From Craspedostauros australis (Eukaryota): DNA of 60,919 nucleotides. Made by a program: the position numbers and the translations under genes. Each line of letters opens with the position of its first letter. Position 1 is the first letter of the stretch. The notes beneath the pieces were generated by a model. The model was not told the origin of the DNA. It searched no databases and saw only the letters and a program-made list of their open reading frames with translations. The DNA lies in the NCBI GenBank assembly GCA_030167865.1, contig JALAGF010004255.1, forward strand, positions 1-60,919, given 5' to 3'. Below are positions 29,905 through 41,457 of this stretch, one piece after another.

Positions 29905-32900
29905 ATGAGTGCGATGGATGCGCCAACAACAACAACGACGACGACGACAACACCGAAGGATGTCCATGATCTTGGATTGGAATTCGACGATGACGAGGAG
30001 TTCCCATGTCGGTTGATCAAGTTCCCCGTTTGGAAATCGAGTGAGGCAGCAGCAGGCGATGATGGCAATGGTCGCCAGCCGACCTCCCGCATCGATATGG
30101 TATCGTACGGTGGCGACGATGGCGTCATCACCTCGATGAGCATGAACATGACAGCAGAATCAACGAAAGACGACAGCAATGATGCATCCTCAACTCAAAA
30201 GACAATGCCATCCCTGCTGTCCAAGTCACGCATCGCCCGGACCTTCGATGAATCCGTGAGAGCCGTTGCGGTTTCCCATGACGGCAAGCGCGTGGCTGTG
30301 GGATTCCAAACGGGCCGCACGACCATCTTGCAGTACGATGACTACGATGGCACATCACGACATCCATTCTGCCGCAGTTCCGCCACCACGCAGTCTCACT
30401 TCGGGACGCAGGACAGCGACAGCATGCAGGATCTCGACTTTGGCGATGGCCTGAGCCAGACTGACGAGGATCAGGAAATCACAGGACCGCACTTGCAGGC
30501 ACCCGTGCGTGATATGCTCTTCCTGCCGTTCGCCGACTCGAAGGACAGCTACTTCCTCGCCATCGCTTCCGAGCACTCCTTCTGCATCGTCAATGCCACA
30601 TCCAGCGAAAGCATCCGCGAGTTCGGACGCGCGTTGGAGCATGACTGCGAAGAGCACCATTTCGAAAACGGCATCCGCAGTCTGGCCTACAACCACACCC
30701 TGAGATGTTTGGCCACGCTGAGCATGGATGGACGGGTGTGCTTGTGGGATCTGCAGGCCGCCGCCACGGCGAAGCAATGGAAGCTGGCCCATCAAGAGAA
30801 GAAGAAGTGCATCCCGCAGGCCGACACGGGTGAGACCTTCGGAGCGGATCCTTGGGATCGTTCGTGCCGTCCGTTGTTCATCACTCAGCCATCGGCTTCG
30901 TCATCCAGTGACGCAAGCGTCTACCTCCTGACGCCCGGTCAGACGCAGCCAGTCATTCGCCGCATCTCCCGAGAGGGCAACAACGGCATCGTTTCTGTTC
31001 AGGAACTTGTCCTGAACAAGACATCATCGAGCGACGCATCCAGCATCGGTCACGTCGAACCCATCACGCAGTTGGTGCAAGAACAGGGAACATCTGCAAC
31101 GGCGACGGCATTTGGCTTTGTCTCGAGCGGACGTGACGGCAACTTGGTCCAATGGACCGTGTCGACGCCAACTGGCGGCGATGCAAAGCAATGCTCCACC
31201 ACCAGCCGGCGCATCGCCATGCCCAATGCCTTCGCAGCTGTCGATCTGCAGTTCGCCTCCAACATGTCGCCCAGCGCTGAACTCCAAGGCAGATTGATGA
31301 TGGTCAGCGCCAAGGCCAAGTGCCACATGTTGAACGTTCCCGCATGGAAGCCACCATCCGAGAAGGCAGCCACAAAACCTGCCACGTCCTCAAAGCTGTT
31401 CAAGGACATCGATACGAACGTCGACGATCTGCTCGTGGACTCCGATGATGAGGAGGAGAACGAGATGGACATGGGAGCAGAGGATAGCATGAATCCGCAA
31501 TTCGATACTCAAGATGCAGCCACAATCAAGGCTGCCATGAAAGGCGGCAGTGCCCCCAAGAAGACTGTGCGGTTTGTGGATGACGAGGCAGACGAGGACG
31601 ATGATGGCAATGGTGATGATTATGGCCTCACGCAGACACCACAAAGCAACCCAGAAGAAGGACTGGAAGATATCGTCGGTGCGCCTTCTGATATTGCTGC
31701 CACAACCGGTGATCAGCTCACCCAGGATGTCGGAGATAACACCGAGGACGGTGACAACGGCATGGCCAACATTCTCCAGCAAGATGACGAAGATGAAGAT
31801 GGTGAGCTGGGACAGTATCAACCCTTGGATGGCGCAACAACACGGTCTGTGCACGGCAGACATGTCATGACTTTGCCTCCGCAACCGCCGTTCGCTCCAT
31901 CCGCCACACCGCTGGATCTACCACGACGATTCATGTGCTGGAATCACATCGGCGCCATCACGCTCGCGCAAGGCGACGAGGATCTCAACGGTCGCCGACA
32001 GCAGCGCAACATTGTCGACATCACTTTCACGGACTCGGCCTTCCGTCGCCCCATCAGTTTCACCGACAACCAAGGTTTCATCCTGGGATCGTTGGGAGAA
32101 GACGGCGGCATCTTCGCCACGGACACGCAGGATCCGGATGATGAGGATCACACCAACAGCGCCAGCAACGACATGGACGACGACATGGACAACCAAGAAT
32201 TGGATGACGTCGTGGACGGTTTGAACATCTCGGAACGCACCAAGGCTGCTGTCCGCCGCAGTCGCCGACGACGTGATCGCGGATCGTCTCAGGCAACCGG
32301 ATCCAGCATCTACTTCCATCGATTCGAAACCTTCGGATCGCAGCGTGACAAGGATTGGTACCTCACTCTGCCAAGCGGTGAGCGTGCCCTCGGAGCTGCC
32401 AGCGGTAAAGGATGGGCGGCAGTGGCAACAAGGTAAGACCGGACTGAAGTGAGAAGCCAAGCGCGAACTTGTGGTGATGTGATGTGATGTGATGTGATGT
32501 ATTGTTGCTGCCGCCGTGGATATGCTGCGAATATCGTCATCACTTTTTGCTCAACGTTGATCGATCGAAACATCTCTGATTCCTGTTATGTCTATTGTCG
32601 AAACTTGAACTCCCTTTCCAACTCCCATGCTCCAGCCGCCGATACCTACGATTCTTTACGAGCGGCGGCAATCAAGGAGTCGTTGTCTGCTTGCCAGGCA
32701 ACGTCGTTTCCATGGTGGGCCGTTCGCAATTCCTCGCTGTTGTGTATCACACCAACTCACCGTTGATGGATGGCACTCAACAACTCGCGTACAGGGTGTA
32801 CGATGCAGTCCACTTCAAGCTGGTTGCGACCGGTCCAGTGTCGTCGATCAGTGACACCACCAACCTGTACTGGCTGGGCTTCAGCAATGACGCCGCACTG

Positions 32901-34117
32901 ATGATCATGGATTCCGGCGGCATGCTTTCCATGTTGATCCCAACAAACTCCGATGGCGACGATGGCACCACCACGCACACGCCACACAGCTGGGAGCTAT
33001 CGCCTGCGTTGGACACGAGAGGACTCCGCAAATCCGACGACGATCAATTCTGGCCGGTCACTGTCCAAGATGGCAAACTCGTTTGCGTTCCGTTGAAGGG
33101 TGGCAATCAGTTCCCCGACGCAGCACGCAAACCAATCACGACATCGATGGGGCTCAAGCTTCCGCTTGCCACGCGCGATAACTGGCAGAGGTGAGTAATT
33201 GTGATGACGGACGACACTTGCAACATGCATTGTGTGGAGTCTATTCATGCGTACTTGTGTGTGTGTGTTCGTGTTGAGAAAGAAAACTAACCTCTCAACA
33301 TGCCTGTTTCTCCTTCCTTTCCTATTCCCTTTTGTCCATGCATTTGCACATCGCCATATCATACGCAGCACTCAACTGGAGGAGCTGTCCGTGCGATCCA
33401 ACCTCGCGTTGGGTCACAAGCGGACAATGCACGAGCTGACGTCCACGGACGCAGCGGATGACGACTTCGAACGAGAGTACACGCGAATGTGCGCTCAAGT
33501 GGTACGTATCATGAACAGATATCTGATTCATGGATTGATTGAATGAATGAACGAGGAGGATTGCACCAAGCCCTGTCTCTGGTGGATGTAAGCACCGATC
33601 ATGCTCATGCAATTTCTGTACTCCACGCACGTCCTTTCTCACACAATCCAACATGCATCCAACCCATATTTGTCTCTCTTTGCCCTCTGCGTCGCCACCA
33701 ACCATTGAATTTCTTCCATTCACACTACGTGCATATGCATTCGCCCATTCTCCACAACAGGACAAGGTGACGTTGAAGCTCTTCCAGACAGTCGTTCAGG
33801 CAGGCAAGCTGGAGCGCGGGCTGGACCTGTTGGATAGACTGCACTTGGAGAAGAGTTACGACATTGCCGCAACTATCGCGGGCAGACACGACAAGCTCGT
33901 CGACATGATCGAGGCAGCCCGCGATGACAAGTTCGCCGATCCCGAGGATGACGATGTCAGTGACTATGGAAGCCAATCGATGGCCTCTGCAGCTGCGACG
34001 ACGACGACGACAGCCAAGACGGCGCACGTGAGCCCGATCAGCGACGCCAAGCGACTCTTCGAGTATTCCTCCAATCCAATGCAGAGCAACAAGAAGCAGC
34101 GCCGTGGCATTTTCTAG
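29905..34117 (+). CDS. WDHD1: WDHD1/AND-1/Ctf4/Mcl1 replisome adaptor; exons 29905-32432, 32636-33190, 33369-33501, 33761-34117
   Basis: N-terminal WD40-like repeats; PQPPFAPSATP...RRFMCWNHIG, WYLTLP, VATS|RRYLRFFT, QFWPV, AQV|DKVTLKLF (SepB/Mcl1 domain). Three GT-AG introns join in frame. Confidence 0.9.
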
Positions 34118-34131
34118 AGAGAGAGAGAGAG
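34116..34131. repeat. (AG)8 microsatellite overlapping the WDHD1 stop codon
   Basis: tagagagagagagagag. Confidence 0.9.
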
Positions 34132-34674
34132 TAATCATTATTGGTTGCTCCAGAGTAATCGCACAATAGCGACACGAAGATCGGACGCAAACGATGGGGA
34201 AGAGTTCAAACTCGAAAGATATTACAAATATGAACCACACTTCATCCTATTGTATGAATCGCAACAACAAATTCAAGCAAAAGACACATGCCTCTCTAGA
34301 GAGTCTGTCTGCCCTGCTGTCGTCTTCTCGTACATTGAATGCAGACGAAGTACCTGCTGTTGATGAAGAGACGACGTTTCCCCTTTGTGCAAATAATGTT
34401 GTCGATGCAACAATGAGGGGAATGTTTGCCCGAGTGAGGTTCTTCTTCCACTTGGAAACAACATGGGGTAGAGGAATCTCGATTGCAATAGTTCTCAATG
34501 TAGACGTTGGGGACGGCAACCATGAATGCACACCATCCTCCCTCGGAGTTTGAGGGTCGCAATGCGTTCATGTGTGGTACGGGCGCCACCTGCCGTTCAT
34601 CGTCCACCACAATCCAGCTCCCTGAGTTCGTTTCGCATTGGCAAGGATATAAAATAAAGCATGTACAAGTCTCC

Positions 34675-35814
34675 TCACGGATCGGTTTCTTCGCTGTCCG
34701 TGTCGTCGCCCTCCTCGGAAACCTCGTCGGCGTTGGGCTCGGCTCTCGCTTCTCCTTGCTGCTGCTGTTGCTCCTGCTGCTGCTGTTGCTCCTGCTGCTG
34801 CTGTTGCTCCTGCTGCTGCTGTTGCTCCTGCTGCTGCTGTTGCTCCTGCTGCTGCTCCTGTTGCTGCGCATTCTTGGATTCATTGCTTTGATTGTCAGCA
34901 TCAATCATGGCAAGAACGTTGATGTCGTGCAGGCTGGAGGGAGGCATTTTGAGAGCGGCCGCGATGCTTCTGAGAGTTTTGGTTTGGTGACTCGGCAAGT
35001 TGCGGATCGCCTTTCGGATCTCATCAGGATCGTACTTGGACTTGCGCTTGCGCCGCGGCTTGCGCTTGATTTCGTAGGCGTAAATGGGGGCATTCGGCGT
35101 GCCAACATTGACCAATGAATCCTTGCGAAGCTTCTGTAGAGTCGTTGTTGAGACGCCGAAGCGTCTTGCGACGGCACCAAGGATCCCTGCTGGCAAGCGT
35201 CCGTCTGGAGGGTTGGCCGGCAACGAGGCCAGGGCTTTCCATTTCATGTTGATGTCCAGGTCCGTTCGTTTCTTTCTAGGCGGTCGTTCCGTCGCGGGCT
35301 CCTCGGTGCGTTCCATGGTGTGTGCTGGGGTTTGTGCCGGGGTTTGTGCCGGGATTCGTTGCATAGTTTGTTGCATGGATTGTTGCAGGGTTTGTTGCCT
35401 GGTGTGTTCCGTGGTTCGTTCTGTGGTGGGTTTCACGCTGTGGTGGATGGTTCGTTGCATAGTTTGTTGCACGCCATGATGCACGCAGTGTTGCATGGTG
35501 TGTTGCCTGGTTTGTTGCATAGTTGGTTGCATAGTTGGTTGCACACTGTGTTGCACGCCTTGCTGCACACCATGATGCATGGTATGATGCATGGTATGAT
35601 GCATGGTGTGTTGCCTGGTTTGTTGCATGGTAGGTTGCCTGGGTTGTTGCATGGTAGGTTGCATGGTGTGTTCCCTGGTTGGTTGCGTGGTGCGTTCCAT
35701 GATGGCTTTTACGAGATGTGGACTCATAGAGTTACAAGTATTCAGGGCAATGCTGTGCTCTTTGATGAGATCAGGTGAAGGCCCCTTTAGTTGTGTAATA
35801 ATAGAACTCGGCAT
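34675..35814 (-). CDS. Protein with Tc1/mariner-transposase-like N-terminal double HTH, tetrapeptide repeats and QEQQQQ repeats; no DDD/E domain
   Basis: GRLPAGILGAVARRFGVSTTTLQKL...RKRKSKYDPDEIRKAIRNLPSHQTKTLRSIAAALKMPPSSLHDI resembles the DNA-binding region of plant/oomycete mariner transposases. Start uncertain (ATGs at 35814, 35727, 35700). Confidence 0.6.
   Translation of the reverse strand: MPSSIITQLKGPSPDLIKEHSIALNTCNSMSPHLVKAIMERTTQPTREHTMQPTMQQPRQPTMQQTRQHTMHHTMHHTMHHGVQQGVQHSVQPTMQPTMQQTRQHTMQHCVHHGVQQTMQRTIHHSVKPTTERTTEHTRQQTLQQSMQQTMQRIPAQTPAQTPAHTMERTEEPATERPPRKKRTDLDINMKWKALASLPANPPDGRLPAGILGAVARRFGVSTTTLQKLRKDSLVNVGTPNAPIYAYEIKRKPRRKRKSKYDPDEIRKAIRNLPSHQTKTLRSIAAALKMPPSSLHDINVLAMIDADNQSNESKNAQQQEQQQEQQQQQEQQQQQEQQQQQEQQQQQEQQQQQGEARAEPNADEVSEEGDDTDSEETDP
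34757..34867. repeat. 18-bp tandem repeat (ctgctgctgttgctcctg) encoding QEQQQQ
   Basis: Read directly; about 6 units. Confidence 0.9.
35313..35700. repeat. Degenerate 12-bp tandem repeat encoding TMQx/TMHH/TRQx tetrapeptides
   Basis: Units such as gttgcatggtag, gttgcatagttg, gatgcatggtat, gttgcctggttt. Confidence 0.85.
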
Positions 35815-36504
35815 GAATTGTAGAATACGATTATGAGAGAGTGCTGACCGAGACGGAGAGGCAAGGACGAGACGCTCACACAAAGATGCGCATACGCTGC
35901 GCGTCCGATAGCAATGACGAGCTCACGTGGCCAGACACCGTTGCTTTCATTGACGTGGGATTCAAGCCTGCCGTTTCGCACGTGCGACTCCGATCGAGAA
36001 AGTTTCGCCCTTCACAACGACACAATACCGTTCGGAGGGCTGTGACTTTTCCGATCGGAGTAGCTAGCCATTTTCGGCCACAACTCGTGTAAAAAACTCG
36101 AGGAATCTTCACGCGAACAGAAACAGAAATTAATAAGATGTATCCCAATTGAACCGTAACTCCGAATAGGAATATCTAACTTCTTCGTGTTTGGTCTACG
36201 ATCAACCCGAATAAACGTTCTGTCTCGAAAAGGTCATTTCGAGTCATGTCACGGGAGCGCATTGCGAAAAAGAATCTTTTCTCCTTTTTGTGCACAACCA
36301 TTTTCTCCCAACGAGATGACCGACATCTCTCCTTCTCGCTCTGTTGGCCTCGTTCTCGCCATCGTTGCACATTCGTCATTCGCCATTGCCACCATTGCTC
36401 CTGTCGCCATCATAGTATTATAACAATAAGTGGCCTTCCTGTCAATCCATTGAAGTGCAAGACAATATCATACAATCCCCCAATCGATAGTTGAAGTGAG
36501 CACC

Positions 36505-37995
36505 ATGCCGACAGAAGCGGAAGAAGAGACCCCAAGCGCACCCGCTGCCACCAACGACGATGCCGAGGCCATCGAAGAAACGGATGCAGAGCTCAAGACC
36601 GGAGAAGATGAAAACGAAAGCAACATCGACGCTGCCAGCAACCCCGCAGACAAAAGCAATGAGATGACGACCGAACGGTCCATCGGGAATGTCGAGGAAG
36701 ACGAGGACGCGCCGGCACCATCGTACGATGACAAAGACGACGACGAGATTGTCATCAACGAAGATGAGATCGTCAATGCCGTCCAGGTGGAATATCCCGA
36801 GGCCACGTTGGCCGAATGCCAGCGATTCGTGCGTTCGTGCCGTCACAACTGCAGCACGCGACGTCGCACGAACAAGCCGGAATACATCCAGCAGCAGGCC
36901 GAGCAGCTCATGGAGTCCTACCTGGATTGGCGATCGTGCTTTGGCATGGATTACGGCAAGGATGACGAGGCTGCATCGGATGCCGTGCAGGAGGATTACG
37001 GACTTTTGTCTGCGGCAGCGCACGATTCGAAGGATTGGCTGTGGGCCGCCGAGAAGGCATTGGGCGTCATGGAAACGCAGAAGAAGGTCAAGGAACTCGA
37101 AGCCCAGGCCAAGTTGGAAGCGAGGAAGAACAGGAACAAGAAGAAGAAGGACAAGGATGATGGAAAGAAGGTTGCCAGCATCCCCGATATTGAGCAGGTT
37201 CTCAAGGAAGAAGAGGAAGCCGCAGCAGCAGCCGCCGCCAAAGAGAATGGCGATGGTGAAGAGAATGCAAACGGTGATGCAGCAAACGGCGACGCCAAAA
37301 AAGACGACACCAAAGATCAAAACAACAAACCCAAACCCAAACCAGAAGATCTCGCTCAACTGCTCTTCTTGCACAAAGACGATGGCGACGAGCAGAAACC
37401 GCTCAAGGACAAGGACGGTTTCACCATCCTGCATTGCATACCCGCCCAGGTCGATCGAACCGTCATCGATACCGAAACGCACGCCAACGCGTTGGCATTT
37501 TACATGGATCGCATCTTCGATCGCAGCACCGACGAACGCTTCACCGTTGCCATCGATCTGCGTCCCGGTGTAGGCTGGCCCAATCCCTTGGCCGTCAGCA
37601 TGATCAATTTTGCACGCAAGGTCACCAACATCCTGCAGGGTCTGTATCCCGAACGGTGCGAACGTCTCATCATCTACCCGCTGCCTCGCATCGCCGCACA
37701 TGTGTGGAGGGCCGTCAAGGTCTTCATGCAGAAGGAGATTGCCGACAAGGTCATCATCGCGCCCGGACCGGCCGTCATGAAATCTCCCATGCCCAAGGAG
37801 GAGCTGTTGCAGTACATCGACGCGGATGTGTTGGAGAAGCTGGACGCGCATCGGACCAACCGCTTCAAGGCGGTGGCCAAAGACGAAAAAGACGAAGACA
37901 AGGAGGAGGCAGAAACCGTGGCAGAAAATATCGAGGACGAAGCAACAGCAACGACGCCGGTCGAAGCTGGAGCTGAAACTGAAACTGACAAATGA
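36505..37995 (+). CDS. CRAL-TRIO (Sec14-like) lipid-binding protein
   Basis: ECQRFVR (CRAL-TRIO N-terminal), VAIDLRPG...ILQGLYPERCERLIIYPLPRIAAHVWRAVKVFMQKEIADKVII; ATG at 36505. Confidence 0.85.
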   Translation: MPTEAEEETPSAPAATNDDAEAIEETDAELKTGEDENESNIDAASNPADKSNEMTTERSIGNVEEDEDAPAPSYDDKDDDEIVINEDEIVNAVQVEYPEATLAECQRFVRSCRHNCSTRRRTNKPEYIQQQAEQLMESYLDWRSCFGMDYGKDDEAASDAVQEDYGLLSAAAHDSKDWLWAAEKALGVMETQKKVKELEAQAKLEARKNRNKKKKDKDDGKKVASIPDIEQVLKEEEEAAAAAAAKENGDGEENANGDAANGDAKKDDTKDQNNKPKPKPEDLAQLLFLHKDDGDEQKPLKDKDGFTILHCIPAQVDRTVIDTETHANALAFYMDRIFDRSTDERFTVAIDLRPGVGWPNPLAVSMINFARKVTNILQGLYPERCERLIIYPLPRIAAHVWRAVKVFMQKEIADKVIIAPGPAVMKSPMPKEELLQYIDADVLEKLDAHRTNRFKAVAKDEKDEDKEEAETVAENIEDEATATTPVEAGAETETDK

Positions 37996-38339
37996 TGTGA
38001 ATATCCGAAATGAAATACTACAAGTACAAAAGTTGGAATGTACCCAATGTATGGTAGACTGCTGATCGTCTTTTTGCTCTGTTGGGGCTCACATGCAAAG
38101 TTGTCGCTTGGTTGCAGAGCGTGAGTACACTCGGAACATAACCTGGTACTCCACTCATGCTTGCATGCTTGTGGATCACAGCCTCGCGAAACGCTGCCTG
38201 TTCTACATTCATGGTCATCGTGTTACCATACAACTGCTTCATTTATTTCGATTACCCATTTCCAATGACACGTGGATTAATCAACTACTGTCCAAATCAA
38301 ATCAAGGGGCCCATGGACAAACACAGTGAACAACATGTC

Positions 38340-40738
38340 TTAGAGCATCTCGCGAGCTGAATTTTCCAAGGTGGAATCATATCGACCACCCGGGATCTTG
38401 GCATCAAGACCCAGAAGTTGCGTGCTATCATCGTTCATCGTCGACGTGGATTCGAGATGGGCCACCTGCTTCACCATTCGGTTCGTCTTCTTGCGGAACA
38501 TTTCCAGGAACTCAGGGTAGGATACTGTGTGATTAAAAATGAATAGTGAGGATACAAGATGGGCTGGTGTGAGACGGGGTCTGCTTGTTGCCAATGGCAC
38601 AGCATGATGCAGCACAGACAACAGCATTGTCACATGGGAGGAACAATAACACTCACGTTGACCATCACCGTCCTTGTCGCCCGAGTTGATGATTTCATCA
38701 ATCTCCTTGGACGTAGTTTCTTCGCCCAGCATCTCGCGCAGGTTCTGCCGAGATATGAATCCGCTGTCGTCAGAATCCAATCGATCGAAGGCCTCCGCGA
38801 TGCGTTCTTCGGCGATGTGGCCGTGCGCTTCCAAGGTCGCTGCGAGGAATTCGGTGTACATGATGTGGCCGTTGCGGTTGACGTCGATGCTTTCAAAGAT
38901 CTCCTTGACCGTGTCGGGCGAGTAGTTGGCATCCTGCAGGGCCTTTTCGAATTCTTCGTAGGTGATGACTCCGTCGTTGGTGGCGTCGTACTGATCGAAG
39001 CATTGGCGCAGATGCAAGATCTCCTCCGTGCTGGATCGGTGGGCGATGACGTTGAGCGCGATCTTCTTGAGCTGGGATGTGTTCTTGTAGTTGAGGAGGC
39101 TTGCGTCGACGGCGGTGGAGATGGTGACATCCGGCTTGCGTTCGGAGAGGTTGAATTCCTTGGAGAGCCATATGTGCGCCAGTGCATCCGCGGCCCTCAT
39201 GCGTTTCTTTGGATCGAGAACGAGGAGCTTGCTGACCATGTCTTTGGATTCTGGTGACTTGCCATCCCAGTGGCTTCCTTCGACTGAGTACTGGGCGCGC
39301 ATGATGAGATCGATCATCTGCCTCCGCCTTTTGTGGTAGAACGGTCTGTGGGACGTGAGGAGCATGTAGGCGATGACACCGCACGACCACAGATCCGCCT
39401 GCGATGTGTAGACTCCCTGAAGCACTTGAGCTGCAGGCCAAGTGAATGTGAATGCGAGTGTGGGTGTGAGAATGAGTTTCATGAAACCAGAGGTGTTGTG
39501 ATGAGTGGTTGAGAAGTGACGCGAGAAGAGCAGCAGCAATTCAACACAAGCAAGCGCATAAAATCCAACCGACAAAAGAAGCACGTTGACTTACGAGCCA
39601 TGGTGTAGATGGTGCCCACTCCTTCCGTCATGGTGTCACGCTGACCGGCAAGGAACTTCTTGGAAAGTCCAAAATCGATGACCTTGATCTCGGCGTGGTT
39701 GGAATTGTTCTCGAACATGATATTTTCGAATTTGAGATCGCGATGGACGATGCCATGGTCGTGCAGGTACTTGATGGCAGAAAGGAGCTTGCCCATGATG
39801 TTGGCGGATTGCTTTTCCGTGTAGGGTGCGCGCGTGTAGAGATCGTCGCCGTCGCAAAGCTCAAGGACGATGTAAATTTGCTTCTTGTAGTCGTACACCT
39901 CGTGCGCCTTGACGATGTTGGGATGGTCCTGTTATTCGTGATGCGAACGCGGCCGTGCGAATATTGCGGCAACAGCGACAGAAGAAGCAGACGCAGAGAC
40001 ACAGGCAAATGACAAGTCACCAAATGGTGGAATAGGAAAAGAGAAATAGAAATGGAAGGAGTATCGAGCGTGAGCATTGCGTGTCCCCCAAATGGGCATC
40101 TAACATTCCAGATACGTTCCTTTTATGCCGTACAGCAGCAGCATTCTTCTCCATTTGATCTGCAGAACCACCATTGCGACGCGCGGTCCAATATGGTCCA
40201 AGGCAATCCAAAGAACAATACAGTGCAACAGAGCAACAGAGCAACTGACCATCCCCTTGAGAATATCGATTTCGTTGCGCAGTTCATTGAGAAAGAGCGG
40301 CGACACGCGGTCCAGAATGATGCTCTTGAGCGCGTAATTGACGGGCACATCGCGGCGTTCCTTGATCTCCTCGGGATGCGCCTTGACGCCGCCAAAGACG
40401 GTCTTGGTCTTGGTCACGGCCGATCCTCCAATGGCGTCCGGCTTGATCTGCACTTTGGCCACGAATCCCATGGATCCGTTGCCCAGGACCTTGACGGTGT
40501 CGTACTTTTTGAAGACATCGTTCTTCGTCTGGTGCCTCAGCAGGTTGGAATGCAGCGACGATCCGGTCGTGTCGCGGCTGGAGGACTTGTGCAGCGAGCC
40601 CTTGTCCTTTGCCTTGGTTGTCGCTGTCTTTGCCGTTGTTGCTGTTGTGGTGGGTGCCGCAGCGGCTGCTGCCTTGTTGCCGCCACCTGCAGGAGAGGTC
40701 TCCTGCACCTGCTGTTCGGCTGCCAAGCAGTTGCCCAT
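38340..40738 (-). CDS. CDPK: Calcium-dependent protein kinase, N-acylated type; exons 40738-40250, 39928-39595, 39430-38657, 38524-38340
   Basis: MGNC start, [40 protein letters not shown], junction LKKIALNVIA, four EF-hand loops. Three GT-AG introns join in frame. Confidence 0.93.
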
Positions 40739-41457
40739 CTCTCCTCTTTCTCTTCTTTCTCCTCTTCTTTGTCTCTTGCGTGTGCTTGCTATAGTGCGCT
40801 TTGTGCGGCACTGCAGTATCAGTATGGTGGGATATGATGCCTGCTGCTGCTGCTGCTGCTGCTATGGATCTAGCGTTGTGGAAGTGTGTTGTTTGATGCT
40901 TGTCTCTCTGGGATTATGATTATGATGTGATTTGGTGTGAAGTATCGCCTCTCTTGTGAGGATTGGTTGCTGCCTGCTATTGATGACAAACGGTGCCGAC
41001 AGATGGCCGCGTGACCCAACAGAAGCGAAGATTTTCAAACTCACGAATCAGCCACGGTGGCGGATGCAGCGACAAAAATCGCGGACAACGCACCGTCGAA
41101 TCTCCACAAGATCACAGGGAATCCACGACTAAGCTGCATCAACGAATCGTCGTATTCGTATCGTGTATCATTCACGATTATGCGCGACTGGAAGATTTGG
41201 CTCTCCAACCACACAATCGTCACATCAACGCACATCAACCATTCTGCAGAACAAACGAGAGAGGTGCCAGGGTCGACAGAGAGCAAACAGAGGAGATTGC
41301 ATCGACCAGATCCGAGAAGGAGCACACCATACGTAACAACAAGCAAAGCAACAGAACCGAAGAAGCAATTCGAAAGATCGAGCGCCAACATTGCCCGATC
41401 TCCAATTGCTTTGATACGACCGATACTGATCACCGAGCCTCATCCAACCCACGCACC

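Noticed and set aside
34296..34674. WIVVDDERQ as a remnant of the mariner catalytic IDEKW motif, and CTCCCTC as a TIR
   Set aside because: Different frame from the HTH ORF, weak similarity, and no convincing partner TIR.
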